64,000 nt of DNA from Eremomyces bilateralis CBS 781.70 (lineage: Eukaryota), in the NCBI GenBank assembly GCA_010015585.1, contig ML975154.1. One strand, given 5' to 3'. Below are positions 12,801 through 25,933 of the stretch, piece after piece; position 1 is the stretch's first letter, and every line of letters begins with the position of its first letter. The notes below the pieces were generated by a model. It was not told the DNA's origin. It made no database searches and was given only the letters and a program-made list of their open reading frames with translations. A program made the translations under genes and the position numbers.

Positions 12801-15800
12801 CATATTACATACTAATTATCGAAAATTGGTACGAAATACCCAACCGAACAGCAAAGCAAAAGCTGCAAAACCATTGAATCGCGCCAAAGCATCCCAAAAA
12901 TGAAAGAGCCGATCCAAGGATTTCAATGATTTGATAATCTTCTGTTCACATGAAAGAATTAAGATACCATACTAAGGCTGTACGATGACGATCCTTCCTT
13001 AATCGGTAATGAACATTATTAACAGAACAGCTGAATCTTGCACCATCCACAGTTCCATTATCATTTGTGATTTGACATTTATCCATAGACCATGGCCCAT
13101 AATACCCCGGAGGCGCCGAGCTAAATGAATTAGCTTGTACTTTGATGCCTAGTAAAGGCAATTACCGCAAGTGAAACATATTCCACGTTTCCCGGCACGC
13201 TGCCCATTGGATGGCGATCTTCGAACCGGTTCAGTTAGTATTAGTCTCACACTCACAGTTGGCACTTGACACTCATGACAAGCGCTCCACAAGGATGAAC
13301 GCTATCGACAGGAGCCACGGCTGAGGGAACCTTCGACTTTTTGAGTTTGTGGACTGAAGATCTAATGCTGAAGATCGACGACTTCCATGTGGAGCTAAAG
13401 AGGCGCTTTACTGAGTTTCCTCCCACTAAAAGTTTCCCGTCACTTTTGCTTTTGGACCTTCGCCCAGATGATAACTAAGGTGATGGGATTGATCACGTTT
13501 TGACTTTTTGAGAGTCTTTTTCCCTTGTGCTTCCCATCCGGACGGACAATCCGGACATCAACCAAATCACCAGGTTCGTAACAATCGGAAAGACATCACA
13601 TCATAACTAGCGCACACTGTAACTCCTCGTGGTGAGCACGGAGCCCATCAGCAATTCCGCACATGGACGTGGAATCAAGAAGCAATTAGTTAGCAGCAAC
13701 TAGCATCAAACCATGATCCATCCACCTGCGATCCCTTCGGCCCTTCCTTGCGTCTGCCCCTCCCAACCAATGGCCGCCTCCCATTCTTGCCCAGCGTCCA
13801 AACGGGTCCACAACGCCCACAATGCCCAGACCCCGAGACATCCTTGGCGATTCCCGTGACCAGGGGTTCCCTGTGGACTGGAGCCCGTGACGGGGGTTCC
13901 TTGGAGGGGAGCCACGCGGGAATCCGTCGAGCAGATGAACTCACGGACGGGCCCCAGAATATTAATGAGTTATGGGTTATGAGATGGGCTGAGGCCTTGA
14001 GGGAGTTGGTCGTTGTGTTGTTGGTACTTGGTAGAAGAGCTCGGAGTTGAGAGGGACAGTAGATGGGTATTGATGCTCAGTTGATGGTTGCTTTGACTCT
14101 CAATATCCGTTCTTCCCAGTAAGTACGCAGCAACGGTAAGGTAATGAATGGCCCTCTCTACCACTCCATGTCACCCAGCGCTTTGGCTCTCCCCTCGCCG
14201 AGTGCCCGCCCGCAGTCCGCCCGCCGCCGCCGCCGCTGCTGTTGCGTGTTCAACGCCGAAATCCATCCATGTATTAGATTAATATGTAGAATTAATGCCG
14301 TTGAAAGCGAGAGGCAAAACAGAAACGATGGACAAAGGGCCGAGGGGGAACGTGTCATCCATCCTGTCAACACTGTCAACGGAATACTCAACAGACAAGC
14401 CACAGCGCTCCTCTAAGTTGCTAGCTAATTATCAACTCCCAAGGATTCGAGTCCCCAGCCCGATCGGATCTGCTTCCCAGTTGTCTGTCTAACTAACTAG
14501 CCTCTGTTTCCTAACTAGTCTCTATTTCCTAGTGAGGGTCCCCTGGCTCCCGCGTGCTCCCAAAATGCCGAACGGAAAATGCGCCATCTGCTCAGCGCGT
14601 GTCCTCAGTTCTGTGTGCCCGTAGTGCCAGACTGCCACACTGCCAGTAGTCGTGTGGGTGCTTGGAAGTGGCTTGGAGTCCGATTTCCACGCGAACTCGG
14701 ACTTAGGCAGCGTGAATTGCTCCATTATCCTTTCATCCACGTTCTTGCGCCAACATCACCCATCCCATTGCTATCAGCACTTGGCCATCGCTGTCTCCGC
14801 CAGATTGTCAATTGATAAAGCAATTTGTATCGCTCGTTCCCTCCTCTACCTCCTTTCCTTTATCGTCTCTACCTTATGGTCTCGATAATACTGGCCCGAG
14901 TCGCTTATCCTGCCGCTCTTCACCACCTCCATCCCTCTACCGTTTCGAACCGACGACCCTCTGGCTCTCAGCACCCTCCGATCCATACTCTCGCTCAAGA
15001 ACTCTCCCGGTCGACCAACGTACACTATCGTTTCTAAAGCGTTTGTCGTTTCTTGGAATATACCCAATATATCTCATTGATCGCATCCGTGGTTCTCGAG
15101 ACCCTGCCGTCCCCGGTGCGCATTGGACCCCGAATCGCATTCCCGCATGGCTACCCGTTCCAGCAGAACGTGAAAGACCACGCCAACCACTCCTCCCAAA
15201 CCCTCCAGTTTAGAAGCGGATATATAAAAGATAGATAAAACCCCTTGTGCGACGCCTCCGATCTTCCACCAACAATCCCACCCCAAGTTTCCTTGGTCGC
15301 CGAAAATCCCATACGCGCATATCCCGACACTTCCCACCACTCCAACCGCCATCCGCATCGCATCCTCCACCAACGCACTCGTAGGAACCGGTACCCAATC
15401 AGCGGACCATCGATTCTCCCTCCCGTGTAACCTCGCCATCCAAGCGACCGCCCTCCCTCCCCTCGCAACTCCGTACACAAGGCAAATCCCCTTCACGCAT
15501 CGAACCGCGCCGAGCTGCAGCCACGTCTACTTTCGCTGGCCCGCGAACGCCATCGCTCCGAGCCACCCTCTCACCAGCTGCGAAAAGCGCTGCTTTGGAA
15601 TTTGACGAACTCTGTCGCTTGCTCTTCGTCAGACGACTGCGTTGGAGCTTTCCTGTCGCCTCGCACTGTGAGAGCCGTCGGAATTGGTAGATCGTGGTCT
15701 TTACGATCGACCTTTGCGATCGATCGCTTTCTTCTTACTGTGCCGTGGTGGTACCTAACGTCCCTCGACGGACTCGAAATTGAATTCAACCGTCCACGGA

Positions 15801-15903
15801 GATCTCTCCGGGTGCGGACGTCTACTCTCTCGAGAACTCAAGTCTAACTTGTTCTCCTCCTTCACCATCCGTACCTCGCAGACGTAGCACTGCAATCAAA
15901 GCT

Positions 15904-17936
15904 ATGGAGACAGCTGTCACGACGATGACGGACCGCACCCGCCAGAATGGTCCCGCACAGCCTCCTCAAAGCCAGAGGATATCGACGCTGCCGCCGATCA
16001 CCGCGTTGACGGGATCGTTGCCGCCTCCGGAGCTGTCACCTGGGATTCCGCGACCCGTCTCCGATGCGAGAGACTCGGGGAATTGGTCAATATCCCAAAG
16101 CAAACGTAAGTTCTAGTTTCTTTTGCTGCTGAACTGTCGCGTTGAGTCTTTATCATCTTTGATCGCATCGATACCGTCTTGTTCTTGCTCGCCCTAGAAT
16201 GGTCTAGGTATACGATCAATTTCAGGGGCATTGTTCCGGCCATCTACCTCGATGGATTCCTTGTTATTTTGTGGAATGTCCCTCGAGCGTGATTGGATGA
16301 TCTCCCTGCGGTTGCTAGAGCGAATCTGAATTGAAGTCTCGTTGCTGCTTTACTCATTGCCTCATCTGAACGATTGAACCAATCACTGACAGCAATTGTA
16401 GACTCCTCAACTGTCTCCAACCCTCTCGGAGGATTGCAATTACAATCCATTCTCAACGCAGAAGAATCTCCTTCGCGATCATCTGCCCCAGAGACACCTC
16501 ACTCCGCTCGAGGATCGGCCCACCAGGTATATTTGACCGTTTCTGTTCAATTTAAATAACTAATCTCCATAGCCCGTTCCGACACCCCATGTCAGCACAT
16601 GGACCTCCGACCCTCGAGCAAGTGCCGACGCAGCCTCCGTCCTCGCCGACTCGAGGCGAAGCAGCGTCGACAGCCGAGTGAACAACGGCTTCCATCATCT
16701 CTCCATCGGCCCAACCTCCCCGTACGCGAGCGAAAACCCATCCCGCACCTCGCTTACCTCTGCCCTGGCAAGAGAACGTGGCATCACCGGCGCCCCAATC
16801 AACGGCAACCCCCTCTCCCCCACCCAACCCATGATGCGCAATCGCGCCCAAGTCCAACCACGGCGCGCGCCCGTCATCCACCCCAATCCGCGCAGCGTCT
16901 CAGGCATGCCCGATCCCACCGCCGCCGCGCCGACGAAGGGGTTCGCATGGGCGTTCCCCGATCATCCCGAGCCGGACGACCGGCGAGACTCGAGTAGCGG
17001 CGACTCGCTGGACCCGTCGATCCCGTCGCGGCAGAACAGCTTTGCCGCCTCGGTCAACAGCAACACGTTCACTGATGGGGTGCTCCCTGCCGGCCAAAGG
17101 CGGTTCGACGAAGGTACGTGTCTCCCCTGTGGCCGAACAATTCTCAATTTCGGAGTGCTAACCGCATAATAGACATCCCGACACATCATCATTCGATGCA
17201 GCATCGGGCCATCGCCAACCTGCAGCAGGCAGAGCAGGGCGCCAATGCCGGCCCGGGGAATTACAGCCGCACGCCGGCCCTCCGGGTGAGCCACAAGATG
17301 GCGGAGCGCAAACGCCGCAGCGAAATGAAGCAGCTCTTCGACGAACTGAACGCCATTCTCCCCAACTCCCCGGGCGGCAAATCCAGCAAATGGGAGGTCC
17401 TCACCAAATGTATGCCCCCCCTCCCCTCCCTTCCCTTCCCGTCCTCCAACCCCCAACTAAACTAACCCCCACCAGCAATCGACCACATCCGCTCCCTCAA
17501 AGTCGGCGACGCCCACCTCCGCCGCGACCACGACCGCCTCGCCGACACCACCCGCCACCTCGAGGACGAAAACCGCCACCTCCGCGCCGAGATCCATGCC
17601 CTCTGGCAGCACGCGCACCGCAACGACCCCTCCGTCTCCCCCGCCTCCTTCGGCCCCTTCACTAACGTTGCCGCCCACGAGCCGAGCGCGCCCGTCGTGA
17701 ATGGCGGGGGGCCGCGGCAGGGTCCTCATCCACCTCCTCCTTCACAGCAGCCGCATCCGCAGCAGGCGGGGCAGACGCCAGGAGTGTCGCCGCCCCAGGC
17801 GCCGTTGCCGCAGGGCGCGGCGCCGCCACAGCAGTCGGTGACGGGGTCGTGGAATGGGGTGAATGGCGCGGTGGGGCCGTCGGCGATGCAGGGGGTGGAG
17901 TTTCAGTCGCCGCGGATAGGGTATGAGCACCGTTAG
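15904..17936 (+). CDS. bHLH transcription factor, Esc1/DevR/SclR-type developmental regulator
   Basis: Introns 16106-16401, 16527-16572, 17114-17172 and 17410-17475 give one continuous frame. bHLH [54 protein letters not shown]; upstream blocks DSRRSSVDSR and PTKGFAWAFPD. Confidence 0.88.
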
Positions 17937-20895
17937 CGGGGTTCTTTTTCTCGTGGCGTTTTCGGAGGCGAGAGGACGATGGGATCTCGCGTGTCTGTTA
18001 TGCTCGGCTTTTCTGTTCGGGGTTGGATTTCCGCCTTTTTTCCTCCCATCGTGCATCCGTCCCCTCCGTTGAATGTTCCAGGACTTTCTATTCCGATGCT
18101 CAAGACGTCGGGACGGGGATTGAGAAGATAATTGGCCGACGCTCGACGCTCGACGCTCGACGTGCGTATCGCATCTTGATGAGGGAGGATGGCCATCGGG
18201 GGCCGGCGCCATCGGGTTTACTTTCTTTTGTCACGAGTCTCGTTTGTTTGGTTCAGACCCGGTTCGGTCGGGTCCACATGGGTGGCCGGATTTGTGTTTC
18301 TCGGGTATTACACGACGTGGAGGGGCTGCCTGGCGACACGACATTGCTTGACCGATCAATCGGTTGACACGAGGTGTCCGGAAGGGAATCAGGCTGCCCC
18401 GACGACTCTGCACGCTCGGTCCCGATTCTGATTTCGTCGGTTCGGATCTGTTTTTCGCATATCGTATCGTATTGATATACCCCCATCATTCTTACGGCGG
18501 GGACCTTGTTCGGTCGGGAGGGTTTCTTCGTTTTGGCTTTGGATAATGGGGGGTGCGGGGATGAAACTGCGGCGGAGGGGTGGGGAGAAAGGTTGAGGTG
18601 GTCATGTCCGGATATTATGAGAGGTTGGGTTGTCGTGGGTGGAATAGAAGAGCTGGACGGAGGGCGGGAAGGGGGTTCGCAGTCGAGTCAGGTTGGATGG
18701 AGAGAGCGGGTGACGAATATGTTCGAAGAGCTGGGAGCGCGAGGGCGGCGAGGTAATGCTTCTTCATCCTTTCGTCGTCCTTTCAAATCGCAATACCGGC
18801 GCCGTCCTACGACGATCCGAGCTTCTCACGAACCCTCCCATCCACCACCGGCCCGCCCTCACTCCCACCGTTATCCCGCCGCCCGGCACGAGCGATCGCC
18901 ATCCCATCGGATCAGCCGGGTGAGCGCGCACATCACGCGTAAGATCGGGTGTTGGAAGTCGCGGAGAGCGGGAATTGACGGTATCGATAATATGAATGCG
19001 GCCGATGTAGGCAAATGCAAAGACGTTGCTTGAAAACAGAAGTGGTTCGGTTCCGTTTGCATGCGTTTGACGTTGACTGCGCGTTTTTGTCGAGGATGAT
19101 ATCCAAATCGTCTCAAACCAACGGGCTGCCGCTCTATATTCTTGCACCTGCGCCTGAAAGGCCATTTCCCTTCCTTTGCCAGTCGTTTCGTTCCGCCTCC
19201 TTTCCCAAGTCGCTCGTCATGTGTCCTCAGTCCATCCTATCATGGCATGCCCAAGGGACCAACTAATCATCGATATTTCACGTTCGTGGCATGTTTACTT
19301 ACCGGAGATCCCTCTTTGCACTATACCGTCCACCACAGTTTCGATTATCGGTGCAGAAAGCTACCGGCGGTTAGATGCTACGCACTCTATGAATTCCACC
19401 CTTCGGATGTCATTATCTTCCCAGCTTTCCATTTCTTCACTCTCTCTTATCCCTTTCCCTCTCCATTTCCAATATCGCCCCTCGCCCTCCCAATCCCCAT
19501 CCTACCCTTCTTCCCCCTTTCCACATCTCCATCCACCCGCCCCTCACCCAAACCAACCCCTCCCGCCATTATCCCCAGCCCATCTTCGCGACCATCCCTC
19601 GGCCTTCGCCCCTCTATTCCCTCTAGACCCTCCCTCCTTCAATCTAGACCCTCCTCCCTACATAATGATCCCCTCACGCGCAATCGTGGCTGCATGAGAC
19701 GCACCCATGCATGTCATGTCATGCAGAATGGACGGGGTGCAGATGAGGCTGCATACCAGCTGGCGGGCGGCTGGTAGGGCAGGGCAGGGGACGGCCGGGG
19801 ACGCTGACTGCTGGGTCGAGGATGAGGAAGATGGTGAATAGTACAGCATGGTAGGCCAATAATGCGGGGTTAATGTCTGAGAGGCGTTGAAGCGATGGTG
19901 GGTGGTAAGGGGGCTGGATGAAAGGGGACAGTACGAGGCAATGATGCCGGGATTTGATATTGGTCGTCGTGATTCGGAGGTTGATAGAGCGGAATTCAAC
20001 TGTGGTTTGGACATAGGGGATTGCCTACATCCATTCACGCGTGCATATGTCCATCAGACGTGCATACTACCGACAGATTTACATATCAAAAACTCGAAAT
20101 ACATGTAAGTATGCTTGCAACTCGTTCACGTCGCTTGGCTTGCTCAATTCGCAGCTTTCCGTCCATCAGCCTTGTTGCGGGAGAGCTTCCCCGAGCTCCG
20201 CTAGGGCTCGGAACGGAGAGGCGAGGTCGACGAAATATCCCTTCTACGTATCAACGGGGACATGGGGCCATGGCGGTTTGTCGTCCGAGGGCGCGACGGG
20301 AGGCAAGTGTCGGGACGGCCCGTTCGGAGGGAAAAGCAAGTCAAGGTGGCCTGTGATCTGCGGTGGTTCATCGCGGGTTTCAAAACGCGAGGGATAAAGC
20401 TGTTACTGATGATAGATTTCCTGGATCTGGGTGGGCGATGGTAGGGGAATCTGACCGATTGCTCCCGAAAAAGAGACGGTAGCAATAAGATTGGGGGCTC
20501 CTTCCACGCCGTTCCAGGTCTTCATGATCCATCATGTCCGATTATACCACTGACCTGCACGTCGTCTAACGCCGCTGTCAATTGCCGTCCATCTACCCTA
20601 CCTGAGACACCTAGTTCAGCCGTTGTCCAGACCTCGCTCGTAGGCCTCATTCTCCGCACTTTCAGGTTCCAACCGGTCGGGATCCCGTCTCCCGAATGGC
20701 CGCGGAATTGTTCGCGCTTGCATATTCGTATCCCCTTGGCGCAGGAGAAGTGGACGGCGACAAACATTACATCCGACGATGGACCAATGAGCGCGCAGGG
20801 TAGGTTCGCAACCTGCGTGAGGCCGTTAGATATTAGGAAGATCTAGAGAACTGAACCTGGGCAGTACTACGCACCATTCAGTGTTCGTGTACTAT

Positions 20896-20970
20896 AGTCC
20901 AGTCCAGTCCAGTCCAGTCCAGTCCAGTCCAGTCCAGTCCAGTCCAGTTCAGTTTAGTTCAGTCTAGTCC
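20896..20970. repeat. Pentanucleotide microsatellite (AGTCC)n
   Basis: 10 perfect AGTCC units 20896-20945, then AGTTC AGTTT AGTTC AGTCT AGTCC. Confidence 0.97.
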
Positions 20971-23900
20971 AGTATCCTCCCAATTCTAGCTTGGTCCACC
21001 TCCCTTGAGTCCTGAGAAATGCTCAGGTCTTGGCTGTATAAGCTAAGGTACGGTACGGTAAGGTAATATCCCAGCTTCCTGGCGTCCGCCTCATCTGTGC
21101 GACGAACCGGTGTGGTTCCTGACACCTCGAAGTGGAAGTGATTGGAGATTTGGGCGCTGGGGTGCTCTTCGGTAATTGCGTGCGCGAGGGCCGGTTTGCG
21201 TAGGTTAGAATTGTAGTATGTGCGCTGTGCTTTTGGGATTGATGAGGGACAGGTTGGTCTGGTGGTTGGAGGAATGTCGAGCGAAGCGGGTGGTTGCGTG
21301 GACATGGGTGGCGGCATGCAATATTCCTCGCTGGCGGTCGAGACCGTCGATCTCGATAACGGTCGAAGTGCGACGTACTGTGCCAATTAAATCGCCGATG
21401 TAGTTTATACCACTTGAACAGCAACGTGGAATAAACACTGGTGACCTCTCAAACAAATTGGCCTAGTCCATGCCATCTCCTTATCCTTGACGTAAGTACC
21501 GGTACTTGCCTCAACCATCTACACACCGTTCGTATCACTACCAAACGGTACCTACCCGTACCGTACCAATGCATTACTTCGACGTGTATTCAGGAATATC
21601 CTACCCTGCCAAGTAACGATCGACTCGGGAACTCCTCGACGCCGCCCCCGAGCGAAGCGAAGATCTCGATGGACGAAAGATCCCCATCGTTCGAGACCTT
21701 TATCCTCCCCAACCCGGGCGATTCGATCCAGGCCTCCGAAAGCTGGCTCGGAGCCGACCGTGGAGCCCGTGGATTGACAATGGATGTGGATATCAGCCGA
21801 CGTCAGACGAAATATGCTATACGCTGTAGCGGTCCGTTGCAGGTACCTACTTACTTTCTGTTGTGCTCCCCGATCCGTCCAACGTAGGGAACACGCGTCA
21901 TTGGTTGATGGAGGGGTAACACTTGACAGCGATGAGGGGAGAGCAGCAGCCATCTTTTTTCATGTGGAGGTACCGGGAGCTCCTTTTGCGTAGCACCTGG
22001 GAAGGAGATACAAGATTGGAACTTGAAAACGGTTACCGTAGGTACCAGAGTCCAGACTCCCTCTTCATGCGCGAATGGTGGGGACAATGGAGCGACACTC
22101 CTGCTGACAGGGACGGTTTGTGGATCTCCAAATATGCGGTTGAGAGCGGGAGATATTGCATTGGGAAGAAACCCTGCATAGGCTGCGGATATGTGCTGCG
22201 GTTGCGTGCTGTTGCAGTTGCGCGCGCAGGAAGGCTGTGATATCTGGAACCACAAAGTGTGGACTGCGAGATTCCGCAAAAAAAAAGGAGAATAATTGGA
22301 TGTTTGTTTGCCGAATGTACTCCGCCTTGTGATCGGGGTATGTGATTTGTCGTGGAGGTGGCGATATCGAGATCGACTTTGAAGTTGATATTCCTATTCC
22401 CGCCTCAAGGTCTTGATATCAACAATTCTCAATGAGATCAGGTGAACCTTGGACTGCCAGCCTTTTAATTAGAAGAGTGGGACCGGTTCCCATTGTTCCA
22501 ATCTTTATTGAGCCCGTTTATAAGCCGGTCAATATCAAAGCTCCACAGACATATCTTTGTACAATCAGACGGTCCCTAGTACTCATGCTGCTGAGTTTAG
22601 ACCGATGCATGCACTTGAGGATCGATGCAGCTCACCCGCCGCGAACGTCGCAGAGACGCGCAGTGATATCCCTTGAAAATTGCAGTCATCACCATGCACA
22701 TAGTGCATATGTTTCATGTGTCCCCTTGAAGGCATGGTACTGTACCCAGTTGTAAGTATAGTCAGGACTGGGCACTGTGTACTATGGCGCGGGTACCCAA
22801 GTAGGAGGATGATAACGGTCGAACGGGACCTGGATGCTATGCATACGATTGAACCATCACCTAGCTACTAAATGGTAGGTACTCGAACGTTGAACCTGGA
22901 GACGGTCAATATCAATAGAATTAGCCTATCCGAGGGGTCAGACAAGCGAGAATTATGTGCAGCATAGCTTCTCGTGTGTGGATCGACCCCCATGTCGATG
23001 CAATTCAAAGCGAACTGTCGCTCGCTGCTTTGATATCAAGATGCTGGTCTCCAATCTCTATACGCAATTGTCTGGCCCGATAGATGTTGCATGTTCGGGA
23101 GAAATAGCTCCGACCGATAAGGACAGAGGTATCGCTCTCGTTCCGCGACGCGACCAATCGCAGGGGGGAGGCTATCTGAATCGGAGAAACAGGCCAGCAT
23201 GCGGAATATTCCCATGCCCGCCATGGCAATGTGGGATGTCGTCGAAGATGCCAAAGTGCTCGCCACCATCCAGAATACCTGACATCTCCACGACGTCAAA
23301 TTGCTCGCCTTTCGGCGGATCTCGGATGTACCGACTACCGAGGGATCCCGCACTTTCGAAGCTATGGAAGGTGAATCAGACACCGAAATGATTGAATTAT
23401 TCGGAAATCGGAACCGCTGAAGAAACTCGCGGAACCAACGCCACCAATCGGGACGGCTGCCAGCGCTAGCGCCCACCTCTCGACGCGTTCTGCAGATTTG
23501 CTTTCCCTCGTGGCAGTGATAGGCTTGCCCTGATGCGGTATCGAGCCGCTAATGACATCGCCGCTAGCCATTCTCGTCTCGTAAGACCAATGAACGCTGG
23601 CTCAGCTAGAGTTTTTCTTCATCTTCAGAAGTAAAAAAGGCGCTCGATCCGTGGTTTGGCCTTTGACATGGCGGCGATGGAAGGATGAAGGAATAATTTT
23701 TCCTGTCCCTGAGTCGAGGCGTATCGTCTCCATAATTGTGTCGGTGCGGGGAAAGGGGAAGAAATCGACGGGAATCTGACAAGACTCGACACGCTATGGC
23801 ACGATGATAAATGCCCGGTACTCCGGTAATGGTCATCTTGAGTTGATGAATGAAGCAGACAGAGCGGTATACGAGGTGCTTCTATGTACTCTGGACTTTG

Positions 23901-25933
23901 ATATATCCATCTTCTAGGATCACTGCCATGGATGGAGGATCGAGATGCAATCTGCGATGGATTGGACGTTGAGGTTTAGCCTGACCCACCACCTCGCGTC
24001 CAACTGCTGTCTGGCGGCCCATCCACTTTCATGGCTTGATGGTGTGCGAGTTCGACCATTGGTAATATGGATGGCGTTGGCAGTTGGATGCCTTGGAATG
24101 ATGGAATGCGGATGAGACGATGCTGATGACCATGGCGATATCCTACAACTTAATATGTAGTCAGACAGGCGACAGCGGTTCAAACTCGAAAGTAGAAAGT
24201 CATATCGAAGCGTGCAAAAAGAGCCTAGAAGCTCCGGATGAAGCTTGTCAGCCAGACTAGGGCAAAGTCTAGGGGGTCAAGGGACCCCCTTCCGGAGGCG
24301 CTTTGGCCGTTGCGGCGATCAGGATGGTCGGAAAACTCGAAATGCACCAAGTCATTCTTCCAAGTTCCAGAAGATCAGAACCCCAAACCAATCCTCCGCC
24401 AGGCCTCCGAGCGATTGATTCATGATTGGGAGAGTCCTGCGTGGCTGACTGCCTGGATCCCGTCCCCTTCCACGAAACAATCCCTTGTCTGGCCACTGGG
24501 CAACCTTCGCTCCGTGGGCGTGCTCGTGCCCACCGGAGTTTTCTGTGCACAGTGCACCACCGTGCAGGGCAGTGTGCGGGGAACGCATGTAACGGCCGAA
24601 CATCCGGAAGGGATGCGCGGCGGACGCAAGAAAATATGGTGGGTTCTTCGAAGGATAGCTTCCTGAACGTTGAAATTGAGGAGAATGAATCGGGAGGATG
24701 ATGGGGAAGGGATGGGTGGAATGGACAGTGGGAGGACGGGCAACAGGATTCTTGATATTCGGTATTGTTCGAGGCCCGAGGGGATCAAGGAACAATGGAA
24801 TGGAGCTTGCCAATTCATCTACGAATTCCATCTTGTACCAGAGGAGCTTGAGTGATGCATACTGGATTACTGGTATTCGAAAATCGGAGCAGAGATGAGG
24901 AACAAAGGGCTGGACGAAATCACGAAATCGAGTCGCTGACCGCTCATATCTTGATGAGTTTAGTTCATAAAGTTTTGATGACATACATGATACATAATTG
25001 CCCCTACAACTATCCCTCTGGACTATTCCGCTTTATTCCTCTTTACGGTATTCAATCCCCGTAAGCTGTTTAGTTGGAAGGCGTTGGGCTAGATTCGCCT
25101 CCGATTTTCGTCACTAAGAAAACGCTAAGCACAGCAGAACACGGCTCTTTTGTAAAATCGGTCTAGCCAGGCCTTTTCGCTATTAAGAGTTAGGAAGAGT
25201 TAGGACTTCACTTCGAGCATTTCTTCTCTATCACTGCTGTGGCGTTAACTCGGAATTCCATTCATACTTCCCTTTACAAATTCCACCACCTTCACTACAC
25301 ATCCCTTCACTCGACATCTCGACCTTCCTTTACTCCCACCTCCAACGTCCTCCAACTTCCAATTCATCCATCAAGCACCGTCGTGCTGGCTGTCGCTTCC
25401 TCTCCAGATCTTACGAATTCTATGGCATCATAACATCATAACATCATCCTTCTCTCCCACATCCAAATCCTCCCGTCTCTACTCTCTACGTCTCCAATCA
25501 ATCGACTCCCTCCAGTCTTCGGTTCCGCTGGTTTGCCGCCCCACAGGTTCCTACACCAACATTCCATCAACGGTCTCTTCCGATTTCAGGTTCCAACGGT
25601 TGTCTCGTCATTTGACCTCGACCATCGCTACCCTTTGGTTCCGCCCGTGACGTGCTTCCATCGTTACCATATCATTCCCCCAGCTCCGAGACTTCACGCG
25701 GGACCCCAACTCAGTCCACCGTATCGGTAGCGACGTTACATAATATCATCCGAGACCAATTTGTCGAACGAAACGAACCGTCGATGAATGAGATTTCTAG
25801 CAACGGGTCGAGTCTTAAAAGGAGCCGCAACTCCTCCCTCACTCTCGATACCGACCTTTTTCTCCCGTCACCTAGTTCGACCGCTGAATTCTCGAGGGGC
25901 GCACCCTCTGAGAACAGTTGACCCCCATCGAAC

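Noticed and set aside
19142..19777. 211-aa and 173-aa plus-strand ORFs
   Set aside because: Non-ATG starts and translation of a C/T-rich tract; not protein-like.
20896..20970. CRISPR array or telomeric repeat
   Set aside because: Simple 5-bp tandem repeat without spacers, not TTAGGG-like, in a eukaryotic context.
24352..24984. 210-aa minus-strand ORF
   Set aside because: No recognisable domain or gene-like codon pattern; cannot be supported without a homology search.
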